A DNA stretch of 64,000 nt from an uncultured Ignavibacteria bacterium (GCA_964370935.1 CAYJKI010000010.1:4420-68419); one strand, 5' to 3'; counted from the first letter of the stretch, positions 19,408 through 29,133 are shown. Made by a program: numbers and translations. The notes: a model not told the origin generated them from the letters alone.

Positions 19408-19606
19408 GAAAGTTCTCCCTTCCCGTAACCAAACGGAAAATCGGTATCTTGATCATTGGAGGCTCGCTGCAACGGATGTGCAGTAGGGGAAAATCCCCCT
19501 TCACAAAAAAGAGCCGCAACATCGTTTCGAAGGTGAATGTACATGCCGGGCTCTCTGTGTCACTCCTGTAACTTAAAGGGGAGTACCTCTCCCCTCATAT
19601 CGCCGC

Positions 19607-19635
19607 AAATTAGACAAACGAGAGCGGTTTGTCAA
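19607..19635 (-). promoter_or_regulatory. Sigma70-type promoter for the dehydrogenase operon
   Basis: Minus strand TTGACA-17 nt-TAATTT. Confidence 0.55.
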
Positions 19636-19662
19636 GGATTTGCGAGCAATGCACGGCAAATT

Positions 19663-19680
19663 TTGTGAATTATTTCACTA
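19663..19680. promoter_or_regulatory. Rex-like operator
   Basis: TTGTGAA-TTAT-TTCACTA, one mismatch from TTGTGAA-N4-TTCACAA. Confidence 0.65.
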
Positions 19681-19736
19681 TATCCTGTTTCGGACAAAAT
19701 GAAGACTTAATTAATGGGAGTTGTAGTGCGGCAAAC

Positions 19737-19763
19737 AAAAAAGCAGCCGGTTGGCTGCCTTTC
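19737..19763 (-). terminator. Intrinsic terminator after the PEP-CTERM gene
   Basis: Minus strand GCAGCC-AACC-GGCTGC followed by a T-run. Confidence 0.7.
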
Positions 19764-19788
19764 GGAAATTCAAAGATATCGGAATCAA

Positions 19789-20457
19789 TTACTTGCGGAA
19801 TCTGCGAGCGATCCCGGCGCCTACAAGGCCCATTCCCAGAAGAACGATTGTGGCCGGTTCCGGCACTTCATCACTGCTGGCAATTTTACCGCCAACTACC
19901 ATATCATTGTGGTCGTAGTTGCCGTAACCGCCGCGATAATCATCGATGAAGAGAAGGAAATCATAGTCGCCAGAGAAGGAAATATTGCCTTCTTCAAAGA
20001 AGTAGTTGGCATTTCCGAACGGCGTATTGTAGCCGCGGAAGAACTGGTAACCGTTGTAAGGAGCGGTTAATGAACGGTCGGAGAAAAGCCAGCGATCGCC
20101 TTCGTAAGAGCGATAGCGTCCATTGTCGTTCTGGTCGCTAAAAAGCGAAAATCCATAGTTACCGTTTAAATTGAAGCTGCGAGTTGTACCGGCGCCGTCG
20201 TTGTCGTCAAAGATCGTTTGATAGATTGACGGACTTTCCCAGTTATGGAGAAACAGTGTGTTACGGTTTGCGTACGAAGTCGCTTCAGCCAAAAGCGTGA
20301 ATTGAATCTCGTTGTAGGCTGACAGATAGAGGTCCTGATAGTTGTTGGCAACCGGGGTTTCCGACACCAACGAACCATTGACGAACAAATTGGGAGCAGC
20401 AAAGGCCTGGCTAGAGATCCCTGCCAGCACCGCCGCGATTATCAGAAATTTTCTCAT
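19789..20457 (-). CDS. Secreted PEP-CTERM (exosortase-sorted) surface protein
   Basis: Signal peptide MRKFLIIAAVLAGISSQAFA; C-terminal VPEPATIVLLGMGLVGAGIARRFRK; DYDHNDMVV DUF4114-like motif; GAGGAGG upstream. Confidence 0.92.
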   Translation of the reverse strand: MRKFLIIAAVLAGISSQAFAAPNLFVNGSLVSETPVANNYQDLYLSAYNEIQFTLLAEATSYANRNTLFLHNWESPSIYQTIFDDNDGAGTTRSFNLNGNYGFSLFSDQNDNGRYRSYEGDRWLFSDRSLTAPYNGYQFFRGYNTPFGNANYFFEEGNISFSGDYDFLLFIDDYRGGYGNYDHNDMVVGGKIASSDEVPEPATIVLLGMGLVGAGIARRFRK

Positions 20458-20514
20458 CGGTAGAGATGACCTCCTCGTCATTTGACGCACATACTATTAA
20501 CCAAACACAAATTA

Positions 20515-20531
20515 AGCAACAACCTTGCCGA
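20515..20531 (-). promoter_or_regulatory. Sigma54 (-24/-12) promoter of the PEP-CTERM gene
   Basis: Minus strand TCGGCAAGGTTGTTGCT: GG-N10-GC spacing. Confidence 0.7.
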
Positions 20532-20587
20532 AAATCGTTAAGTCGTTGTTATGAAGTAAGATAACTAGAATTGCGTACATAGTCATT

Positions 20588-20604
20588 TGTACGGAATTCC
20601 GACA
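20588..20604. promoter_or_regulatory. Putative enhancer-binding protein site (PrsR-like) upstream of the sigma54 promoter
   Basis: TGT-N11-ACA palindromic box TGTACGGAATTCCGACA about 60 bp upstream of -24. Confidence 0.5.
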
Positions 20605-20835
20605 GTCACAGACAGGGGTCTTGACGTAATGTGTTGTTGGATAACATGATATGACTGGAGGCTCAGTGTTCACGAATACGACATCATCTACTAACTTGGT
20701 CTCTGTTGATGGTTGGGTGCCGAGGAAATGTCTCGAATCGAGACAAGCAATGCGAATTCAAGCAATCTCCGCTTGTCGCCCGTGCAAGGATACCGTATAA
20801 GGATACTTCTTTAGCAACAGACACAGGAGCATGGA

Positions 20836-21630
20836 ATGGAAGTTAGCAAATATACTGAATCGAATCGGCGCGCCTGGAACGAAGTTACTCCGATGCACCA
20901 GGAAGCAAAACAGGAGAAGTTCTTCAAGGCGTTCAAGAACGCGGGATATGTCTCCTGCGACCGACTCATCGCGAACAAAATCCGGGAAATTGGACTGACT
21001 GGGAAACGGGTCGCTCAACTGGGCTGTAACGATGGTCGGGAGACGTTGTCGTTGAAAAATCTCGGGGCGGAGACGGCGACCGGCTTTGATATTTCCGACG
21101 CGGCGATAGCGGAAGCGATTCGCTTGAGTGAATCAACCGGGGTCAAGTGCGAGTTTGTTCGAAGCGATGTTTACGAGATTCCAGATTCATACAACGGGTC
21201 TTTCGACTTCATCTACATTTCAATCGGAGTTTTCGGTTGGATGCCGGATTTGTCGTCATTTTTCACGGTTGTGGCGCGGCTGCCTGCGCCCGGCGGTGAG
21301 GTTCTGATCTACGAGCAACATCCAATTGCGGAGATTTTCGATGCCGAAAATCGCATTGACCCGTTGAAGATCGTTAATCGGTACTTCAATGATGAGCCGA
21401 TGGCGGACGACACCGGATTTGACTACTGGGGCGGCAAGAGCTATCGCGGGGAAGTCTCCTACTGGTTTTTTCACACGATGGGGACGATCATCACCGAATT
21501 GATAAAGAGCGGCATCCAGATTAAGTCGTTCAGAGAGTATCCGCATGACATTTCCTCGATGTGGGAGCATATCGAAAAGACGGGTAAGATGCTGCCATTA
21601 AGCTACATACTTCACGCGCAAAAGGCGTAG
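20836..21630 (+). CDS. Class I SAM-dependent methyltransferase
   Basis: VAQLGCNDGRETLSL, GFDIS, FDFIYISIGVFGWMPDL. Confidence 0.88.
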   Translation: MEVSKYTESNRRAWNEVTPMHQEAKQEKFFKAFKNAGYVSCDRLIANKIREIGLTGKRVAQLGCNDGRETLSLKNLGAETATGFDISDAAIAEAIRLSESTGVKCEFVRSDVYEIPDSYNGSFDFIYISIGVFGWMPDLSSFFTVVARLPAPGGEVLIYEQHPIAEIFDAENRIDPLKIVNRYFNDEPMADDTGFDYWGGKSYRGEVSYWFFHTMGTIITELIKSGIQIKSFREYPHDISSMWEHIEKTGKMLPLSYILHAQKA

Positions 21631-21653
21631 CACGAAGGTATCAGCGCCGTTCA

Positions 21654-22568
21654 ATGATCAAAATTGCCTACACCTCGGATCTTCACGTTGATTACTCAAA
21701 CGAGAATCGCGAACTGGTCGCGCGTTTGACGGAGTCAGCGGTCGCTGCAAAGCCGGATGTGCTGATCATCGGCGGAGATATTGCGGCGTCGCCGACCGAT
21801 TTCGGATGGGCATTGGGAAGCTTTGCGGAAGTGAAATGCCGGAAGTTGGTAGTTGCTGGAAATCATGACATTTGGATTGAATCGAAGTCAGATATTCTCA
21901 ACGGCAAAGACTCGGGCGCCAAGTACCAGCAGATGCTGCCGAAGGTTGCTGCTGATAACGGATTTGAGTTTCTCTTCGAAAAGGCAGTTGTGATTGATGA
22001 TGTCGGATTCGCGGGTTGTATGGGGTGGTTTGACTACTCGTTTCGAAATCACAAATTCGACGATTCGACACCATTGGAGCAGTATCGTATCGGTAAATGG
22101 CAAAGCCCAAGCAGCGGGAAGAACTTCCTTTGGAATGACATGCAATACGTGTGGTGGTTGAAAGATCTGTCGGCGAAAATGAGCGGATTTACGCGCAACG
22201 ACTTGTGTTTGTCTGACAGCGAAATTGCGAATTTGATGGCCAAGTCGCTTTCGCAACAACTTGATCAACTGGCGGGAGAATCGGTACGCCAAATTGTGGT
22301 GGTTACGCATTTCGTCCCGAATCGTGGGTTGCTGGAATATCGCGATTCGATACCGCATGATTACTTCAATGCCTATCACGGCAGCGTGGGAGTCGAGCGC
22401 TTAATTGGCGGACAGAGCAACATATCCAATGTGTTCTTTGGACATTCGCATGTCGCGAAGGATGCCACATTAGATGGTATTCGGTATGTATCGCGCCCGG
22501 TGGGATATTTGGGATCAGGTCGCACGGTTGCGGATGCTTCCGCCAAGTTGGCGATTGTCGAAATTTAG
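21654..22568 (+). CDS. Metallophosphoesterase (calcineurin-like)
   Basis: SDLHVD, GGDIA, AGNHD, VTHFVP, FGHSH. Confidence 0.88.
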   Translation: MIKIAYTSDLHVDYSNENRELVARLTESAVAAKPDVLIIGGDIAASPTDFGWALGSFAEVKCRKLVVAGNHDIWIESKSDILNGKDSGAKYQQMLPKVAADNGFEFLFEKAVVIDDVGFAGCMGWFDYSFRNHKFDDSTPLEQYRIGKWQSPSSGKNFLWNDMQYVWWLKDLSAKMSGFTRNDLCLSDSEIANLMAKSLSQQLDQLAGESVRQIVVVTHFVPNRGLLEYRDSIPHDYFNAYHGSVGVERLIGGQSNISNVFFGHSHVAKDATLDGIRYVSRPVGYLGSGRTVADASAKLAIVEI

Positions 22569-23341
22569 CGAATGGGGGCTTTCGTCAAGGCTTGAATCGC
22601 CCGCTGTTCGATGTCGAGAGCGATAAGGGGGTTGATTTTCTGGCGGGTACCGAGGATGTCGGTCAGATCGCGACGGATGATATCGCGCAAGCCGATTTGC
22701 CAGGGCGCGGGATCGATAGCGACGCCGCGAGACCCGAGTGAGCGGTTTTCCTGCGCTGGACCCATGAACAAGTTATCAAGATGATTGAACATATTCAGTT
22801 GCCATTTGCGGGCTGCCTGCTGGATACTTCCGCCAAAATTGTCAGGATCACAGCCGACTTCGCATAGGTAGTCACACTGCTGATCGCCATCGCGAAGGCT
22901 GTTGAGCAGGTCTTGGATGAAATTCTTTGAGAAGAAATCGGCAAAGACGTGGCGGCGGTCGTGGTCGCTTGGCGCACCGACTTCTTTAAGGGGCGACTTG
23001 GTTGTCGAGCGGAAATTGCCGCGTTCCGGCAGTGAGACATAGACTTTGGAGATGGTGCGGCCTTTGACGGCTTGCTCGATTTCGTTGTAGAGCATCGCGA
23101 GGGCGCGGCGGCCGCCGGAGCGCTCGGCGTCGGAGCTGGAGTGGACTTCGCGCATCAAAACGGGCAGACACTTCTCGAGCAACTTCTTGCCCGCGCGGCT
23201 TTGTAGTGCGATGTTGCGGATCGCCGTCGATGCGACAGTGCGGTTCACCGAGGGAGAGAGCCAATAGTCGACGAGGCTCTGGTAGAAGAGCATAAAGTCG
23301 AATTCGCTTGATGAGTCGAAAGTCCAATTGGCCGTTTTCAA
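22565..23341 (-). CDS. Hypothetical protein with possible His-Me finger (HNH-like) C-terminal motif
   Basis: 258-aa ORF; DRRH...NHLDNLFMGPAQENRSLG pattern. Confidence 0.55.
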   Translation of the reverse strand: MKTANWTFDSSSEFDFMLFYQSLVDYWLSPSVNRTVASTAIRNIALQSRAGKKLLEKCLPVLMREVHSSSDAERSGGRRALAMLYNEIEQAVKGRTISKVYVSLPERGNFRSTTKSPLKEVGAPSDHDRRHVFADFFSKNFIQDLLNSLRDGDQQCDYLCEVGCDPDNFGGSIQQAARKWQLNMFNHLDNLFMGPAQENRSLGSRGVAIDPAPWQIGLRDIIRRDLTDILGTRQKINPLIALDIEQRAIQALTKAPIR

Positions 23342-23539
23342 GGAATGATTCTCCAGTGTACGAGTACAAGTCTATTGTCGGCGGTAAGGATAACGAGTTC
23401 GGGGGGAAATAGCAAATGGGGGGAGAACCATCAGCGAGAGCCACGTTTTGGTTCGAGTTCGGTTTTGGATGACTTGCTCGCACTCTTTTAGCCGACAACA
23501 TTAAGTCTACTGGCTTAGCCCTTGTTTCCCCCAATTTGA

Positions 23540-23568
23540 TTGACACAAACCCTCAAATATCTTAATCT
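23540..23568 (+). promoter_or_regulatory. Sigma70-type promoter of the partner-switching operon
   Basis: TTGACA-17 nt-TAATCT. Confidence 0.6.
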
Positions 23569-23639
23569 TACAGGCAGTAAAGTGCGCCCGGTCGGTTTCA
23601 ACCCGGTCGGTTCCAGATTTCCACAATTGAAAGGATAAT

Positions 23640-23978
23640 ATGAAGCTGAACAGTCGCGAACAGGATGGTGTCGTTGTACTTGAGCCGAAAGGCAAAATTA
23701 TGGGCGGACCTGACGCCACCGCTCTGAAAGAATCGATCCGTGACTACGTTAATGCCAACAAGAAGAAGGTTGTCATCGATCTTGCCGAAGTTGATTGGAT
23801 GAACTCGACCGGTTTGGGAATCATGATTTCCTGCCTGAAGACAGTAAAAGAAGCCGGCGGCGATCTGAAGCTTGCCAACGTTACCGACAAGATTAAGTCG
23901 CTGTTGACGATCACCAAGCTGGTCACTGTGTTTGATTCCTACGATTCGGCTGAAGAAGCAGTCAACGCCGCCAAGTAG
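23640..23978 (+). CDS. STAS-domain anti-sigma factor antagonist (RsbV/SpoIIAA-like)
   Basis: VIDLAEVDWMNSTGLG with the phosphorylatable Ser; ITKLVTVF. Confidence 0.93.
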   Translation: MKLNSREQDGVVVLEPKGKIMGGPDATALKESIRDYVNANKKKVVIDLAEVDWMNSTGLGIMISCLKTVKEAGGDLKLANVTDKIKSLLTITKLVTVFDSYDSAEEAVNAAK

Positions 23979-23996
23979 CGTTAGCGCATAGCGTTT

Positions 23997-24422
23997 ATGC
24001 TGAAGCCGGAGATCAAGGGCGACACGATTGTCGTGCCGTCCGACCCCAGTTTAATTGGGGAGATTGATGAGTTTGTCGAGTCGCGATTGCGTTCACGCAA
24101 TATCGACGACTCGATCATTGCCGACATAGCGATTTGTGCCACGGAGATTGCCAACAATGGCATCATCCACGGCAACAAAGAAGACCCTGACAAAACCGTC
24201 ACACTGACAATGAGCTTCTCGAACGGGGAAGTTGTGATTGTCATTAGCGATCAGGGAAGCTACTTCAATCCGGAGACGATCGAAAATCCTCTCGATGAGA
24301 AGAACCTTTTGCGCGAGGTCGGGCGCGGCATATTCATTGTGCGTAGCCTGATGGACCGCCTCGAAATCACACCCGCGAACGGCGGCGGCACGACAGTGAC
24401 ACTCGTGAAGAAGATCACCTAA
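23997..24422 (+). CDS. Anti-sigma factor Ser kinase (RsbW-like, HATPase_c)
   Basis: EIANNGIIHGN, ISDQG, GRGIFIVRSLMD. Confidence 0.92.
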   Translation: MLKPEIKGDTIVVPSDPSLIGEIDEFVESRLRSRNIDDSIIADIAICATEIANNGIIHGNKEDPDKTVTLTMSFSNGEVVIVISDQGSYFNPETIENPLDEKNLLREVGRGIFIVRSLMDRLEITPANGGGTTVTLVKKIT

Positions 24423-24442
24423 TCCCGGTTTCGGGAGGGGAT

Positions 24443-26662
24443 GTGAATCTCGAATTGATCATAGCGGTCGTCTACCTCGCGTGTGCGACCCTGTTGTTCA
24501 TAATATCCGTATTGATATTCCGGGAAGACCCACGCAAGCGCATCAACCGTGTGACGGCATTGATGTTCGGCTTTGCGGCGTTCGGCCCGTTGTTCTACGG
24601 ATTCGGGATTTTCATCGGTGATGCCATCACCAGCCGCGGACCGATTTACAATCTAGTTTACGTCTGGGAATTGTTCTTTCCGCAGTTAGTGTTCTTCGCA
24701 CTGGTATTTCCTTCGACGTTGCGTTTCTACAACCGCTTCGCGCGTTTGAAGTACCTTATCTTCGTACCACACTTATTCCATCTGGCCTTGACGACGATCT
24801 TGAGCGATCCCGACGAGTTGGTACGTCTTGTGGATCCCAAGAAGATGGGTGCTTTCGGTAAGGCAATTTTTGAGCCGTTGGAGACGGTGTTCACACTGAT
24901 CGCCACCGGTTTCTCGATCTTGCTCGACAGCCATATCAAGCTGTTCTCGATCGTGAACTTTGTCTATGTCATTATCGCCGCAGTGATTCTTTACTATGCC
25001 ACCAAACGGGTGATGGCGGTGCAGCTGCGCAAGCAGGTGCAGATCGTCATTTACGGAATCATCACAGCTCTGGCGATGTATGTCATAGCATTCATCATGC
25101 CGGCGATCGGCGTTCTGACTTTGAGCAACGAGTGGCAGAATTTCATCACGATACTCGCGTTGGTGATTGGTTGCGGATCGATCGTGTTTGCGATCGTACG
25201 CTACCGGTTTATGGATGTGCGCCTGATTGTACGGCAGTCGCTGGTGTATACGGTGTCTTCCGCGATGGTGGTCGGCGCCTACGTGCTGATCATCCGGCAA
25301 TTCGAAGATATCGTAAAGTACCTGTTCGGTTTTGATGTTCCCGGTCTGGATATTGTCTTTATCATTATTGCGTTGATACTTTTCCCGTCGGTAATGAGCC
25401 AAGTCGATGAACTGATCCGGAAATTTTTCATTCGCGACAAGTCGGATTATCGCAATATCTCGCAAACCTTCAGCCGCAAGGTAGCCTCGGTATTCAAGCT
25501 CGACGAGGTGTTCGCGCTGGCGCACGAAGTACTTTCGCGGCAACTTCTCTTGGAAAGAGTCTATATATTCGCGCGAACGGCGAGCCACAACGGAGTCACC
25601 AATGTGACCGCTTCCGCTGATGAAGAAGAATGGGAGGCGATGGACATTGAAGCGCCGTTGATGGCGGAATTGGCCCGGCGCAGCGGCGTGAACAACATTG
25701 ATGAGTTATCGGGTGCGTTTCCGCAGTCGATTTTCCTTAAGCAACTGGCGTCGCGACGGGCACGTTTTGTGGCGCCGATGATTTCGGGAGACGAGATTCT
25801 AGGGTGTCTGGCAGTCTCGGATAAGGTTTCCGGGTATCGGCTGAACTACGAAGACGTGACAACGATTTCGATTATCGCCGATCAGCTCTCGCTGGCGATT
25901 AACACGTCGCGCCTTTATCGAGAGTCGATTGAAAAACAGCGTCTCGAAGAAGAGATGAACATTGCCCGCACGATTCAGATCGACCTCTTGCCGAAGGTCT
26001 TTCCGTCGGGTGACGACTTTCATTTCTCGGCATTCTCCGATCCATCGCTGGAAGTCGGGGGAGACTATTTCGATTTCATTAAGACGCGGCGCGGAACAAT
26101 CGCTATGGTTATAGCGGATGCTTCGGGCAAGGGTGTTCCGGCGGCGTTGCTCATCAGCCAGATTCACGCGGCGATTCGTACTGAAATCCGCCACGATTTG
26201 CCGTTGGGGCAGATTCTGGTCAATGTCAACGAACTCTTGCAGAAGGAAGAGATCACCGACAAATTTGCGACTCTGTTTGTTGCCGATTATGATCCACGCA
26301 CCAAAATTCTGCATTATGCCAATGCCGGCCACAACTATCCAATATTGATCTCGCGCAACGGAGATGTCGAACTTGACCGCGGCGGGCTGCTGTTGGGAGC
26401 ATTCCGTGATGTCGCCTATGACGAGGGAGAAGTCCAGCTGCAGAGCAATGACATACTTTTCCTATACACGGATGGATTGAACGAGTGTATAAACAGCAAA
26501 GACGAGCAGTATGGCGAAGGGCGAGCAGTGGACCTGATCAAGCTTCATCATGCCCTGACGGCGCCGGAGATACAGCAACGGATAATTGATGACGTTCATG
26601 AGTTCGCGGCACCGATGGCGCTGCAGGACGATATGACGCTGGTATTGTTGAAGGTTCATTAG
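24443..26662 (+). CDS. Multi-TM sensor + GAF + SpoIIE/PP2C phosphatase (RsbU-like)
   Basis: Many N-terminal TM helices; GAF region; ARTIQIDLLP, VGGDYFD, IADASGKGVPAAL, NAGHNYP, YTDGLNE, QDDMTLV. Confidence 0.92.
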   Translation: MNLELIIAVVYLACATLLFIISVLIFREDPRKRINRVTALMFGFAAFGPLFYGFGIFIGDAITSRGPIYNLVYVWELFFPQLVFFALVFPSTLRFYNRFARLKYLIFVPHLFHLALTTILSDPDELVRLVDPKKMGAFGKAIFEPLETVFTLIATGFSILLDSHIKLFSIVNFVYVIIAAVILYYATKRVMAVQLRKQVQIVIYGIITALAMYVIAFIMPAIGVLTLSNEWQNFITILALVIGCGSIVFAIVRYRFMDVRLIVRQSLVYTVSSAMVVGAYVLIIRQFEDIVKYLFGFDVPGLDIVFIIIALILFPSVMSQVDELIRKFFIRDKSDYRNISQTFSRKVASVFKLDEVFALAHEVLSRQLLLERVYIFARTASHNGVTNVTASADEEEWEAMDIEAPLMAELARRSGVNNIDELSGAFPQSIFLKQLASRRARFVAPMISGDEILGCLAVSDKVSGYRLNYEDVTTISIIADQLSLAINTSRLYRESIEKQRLEEEMNIARTIQIDLLPKVFPSGDDFHFSAFSDPSLEVGGDYFDFIKTRRGTIAMVIADASGKGVPAALLISQIHAAIRTEIRHDLPLGQILVNVNELLQKEEITDKFATLFVADYDPRTKILHYANAGHNYPILISRNGDVELDRGGLLLGAFRDVAYDEGEVQLQSNDILFLYTDGLNECINSKDEQYGEGRAVDLIKLHHALTAPEIQQRIIDDVHEFAAPMALQDDMTLVLLKVH

Positions 26663-26663
26663 A

Positions 26664-27194
26664 ATGCAGATTAAGGATCCGATATCGAGTTTTACTTTCT
26701 GTCCCAAATGCCGGGCAGAGCTGGTTCTGGAACACTATGATCACAGGCAGCGCAAAATCTGTCCCTCCTGCGGTTTTGTCGATTATCACAACCCGGTACC
26801 GGCAGCCGGAGCGATTGTGGTGCGCGACGGTAAACTACTGCTCGTGAAACGCGCTGAGAATCCTTATAAAGGAGACTGGTGCATACCGGCTGGATATATG
26901 GAATGGGACGAATCTCCCAGCCATTGTGCCGAGAGGGAACTGAAAGAAGAGACCGGTCTGGAGATTCGCGCCAAGTCGATATTCGAGGTATACTCCGGCA
27001 CAGATGACCCGCGCACGAATGCAGTATTGATTCTTTACTTCTGCGATGAAGTCGGAGGAGAAGCTGTTGCGGGAGATGATGCCGCCGAACTGCGGTTTTT
27101 TAGTCTGGCAGAGATTCCCGGCAATATTGCCTTTGAGGCGCATCGGCAGGCTTTGCGCGACTTGCAGGACTGTTTTCCAGGACTACTGAAATAG
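26664..27194 (+). CDS. Nudix hydrolase with N-terminal zinc ribbon
   Basis: FCPKC...CPSCG, HNPVPA, Nudix box GYMEWDESPSHCAERELKEETGL. Confidence 0.92.
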   Translation: MQIKDPISSFTFCPKCRAELVLEHYDHRQRKICPSCGFVDYHNPVPAAGAIVVRDGKLLLVKRAENPYKGDWCIPAGYMEWDESPSHCAERELKEETGLEIRAKSIFEVYSGTDDPRTNAVLILYFCDEVGGEAVAGDDAAELRFFSLAEIPGNIAFEAHRQALRDLQDCFPGLLK

Positions 27195-27195
27195 G

Positions 27196-28905
27196 ATGAA
27201 GATGTTTATACCGAGATTTCTGATTATCGCAATTGCATTGTTAGGAACTTCTGTATCGGCGGTCGCGCAAACACAGCCTGACGTAAAAATCTCATTTGAT
27301 AAGAAGCAGTGCAGTATTGCGGTTGACACCGGATCTACAGCGACCAATATCTCATTCGAATTCTCGGAAGTGCGGATAAGCGGGAACTCGGTTTCAGTCG
27401 GGTCACACCGACTGATAGCGGGAGATAGTTTATTTGTCGGCGAATCGGTAGTGGATCTCTCGAAGGTTGCGATTCAGGGCGTAGTTCAGCGAGAAGGATA
27501 CTACGACATATCACTGGGTGATGCGGCGTCGACATCGCGACGGGGCCGTGCGGACGCCAATCGATATGGATCATTCTCCCAGCTCAAACTCGCAACCGGG
27601 GAATTCGTTCGAGGTAGTGCGTTAATTGTTGGCGGGGAATTGGAATCGAATGCCGAGGTCAACGGCTATGTCATTGCCCTATTTGGTGACATCAAGTTGG
27701 GTTCGGCGGCGACCTGTCACAGGGATGTACTTGCGGTCGGTGGCAGGATTCAGCGCGATCGCAAGGCACGGATTTATGGGGCATTTCAATCCACGGAGTC
27801 GTGGAAACGGTCGGATATATTCAGACGAAGACAACGTAATTATGGTTATCAGCCGATAACGTGGTCGAAGGGGATGTCGTACAATCGAGTGGATGGTTTG
27901 ACGCTCAATGCCGGAGTGGCATTCCAATCGGAAGAGAACTTCGTGCCACGATTCTTTGCCGAAGTGGGTTACGGCGCGTCATCGAATATATGGAAGTATC
28001 GGCTGGGTTTCGATCATCGATTCTTTGACTATCACCAACTTTCATATGGCGGGGCTGTCTATCGCCAGACCAAGACCGCCGACGATTGGATCTGCACCAG
28101 CGGAGAAAATACCGTTTATGCCTTATTGCGTCGTGAGGATTTTCGCGACTACTATCAGGGCGAGGGTGCCGAGCTATTTGTCGAACAGCAGATCAATGGC
28201 CGTCACACAATTCGCGCAGACTACTTTGTCGAAGTGCTCGACTCCATGCCGGCGCATCCGCGATTGTGGGCATTGTTCGGTGGCAGTAAGGACTTCCGTT
28301 CGAACTTCTCCTCAATAGCAGAGAATGAGCGCGGCATCGGTCTGCAGGCATTTACAGATCACGAGGCTGCATTGAAGCTCAATTACAAGTACCAGAGTGT
28401 ACTGGATCCTGAACGCGGCGCTCCGCAAGGCTGGTGGCTGGCGTTTCAATATGAACACTCGTCCGGTGCGATTGCATCTGATTTCAATTATGATCGCTTC
28501 ACTTTTGAAGCCCGGCGTTATCAACGGGTGAACGAGTATCTCAATGTCAACGTACGCGCGATTTACGGAGAAGTCACCGGAGTTGTACCGATCCACCGGT
28601 TGTTCTACTTGGGCGGTATTCGCTCTTTGCGGGGACACGAGATCAAACAATACTATGGCACCGAAATGGGGCTTATTAATGTCGAGTATGTGGTTAATCC
28701 TGACCGGACGATCCTCGATTTTGCGGCGGTTGCTGATATCGGCGGAGTCGGATCCAGCGACCGTTCCTTATCGGAGTCTCGCTGGCGCGGTGACGTCGGA
28801 GTGGCGGTCATTATCGGTGAGTTGATTCGCATTGAGCTCACACGGCCGTTTAATGGCGACACGAGTGAACTGCAGCCCAGCGTCTTAATTGGAAGGTCGT
28901 TTTAG
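27196..28905 (+). CDS. Outer-membrane beta-barrel protein (Omp85/BamA-TamA-like C-terminus) with N-terminal beta-helix-like segment
   Basis: Signal peptide; YNRVDGL; FYLGGIRSLRG loop motif; terminal Phe (IGRSF). Confidence 0.7.
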   Translation: MKMFIPRFLIIAIALLGTSVSAVAQTQPDVKISFDKKQCSIAVDTGSTATNISFEFSEVRISGNSVSVGSHRLIAGDSLFVGESVVDLSKVAIQGVVQREGYYDISLGDAASTSRRGRADANRYGSFSQLKLATGEFVRGSALIVGGELESNAEVNGYVIALFGDIKLGSAATCHRDVLAVGGRIQRDRKARIYGAFQSTESWKRSDIFRRRQRNYGYQPITWSKGMSYNRVDGLTLNAGVAFQSEENFVPRFFAEVGYGASSNIWKYRLGFDHRFFDYHQLSYGGAVYRQTKTADDWICTSGENTVYALLRREDFRDYYQGEGAELFVEQQINGRHTIRADYFVEVLDSMPAHPRLWALFGGSKDFRSNFSSIAENERGIGLQAFTDHEAALKLNYKYQSVLDPERGAPQGWWLAFQYEHSSGAIASDFNYDRFTFEARRYQRVNEYLNVNVRAIYGEVTGVVPIHRLFYLGGIRSLRGHEIKQYYGTEMGLINVEYVVNPDRTILDFAAVADIGGVGSSDRSLSESRWRGDVGVAVIIGELIRIELTRPFNGDTSELQPSVLIGRSF

Positions 28906-29133
28906 GGAATCGAGCACGGTTTTCGTCTGCCTGTAATTGCCGTACCAGTTATTTGTTTCAAATTGCATCACCAAATTGGCGCATTGTCTGCGCAATTCCT
29001 TTCCACATATATCTTTCCTGTGACTTCTTTCATACCCATTCCCGCGTTTGGGCAGTTAACTAATTGCCGAATCATCCGATACCTAACATGACGACTTGGA
29101 CAGATAATATTTTGCGTCACCGAGGTATAGACT

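Noticed and set aside
19470-19505. Glutamine (glnA) riboswitch upstream of gdh
   Set aside because: The vaguely similar GUAGGGGAAAAUCCCC stretch is on the antisense strand and the flanking conserved elements are absent
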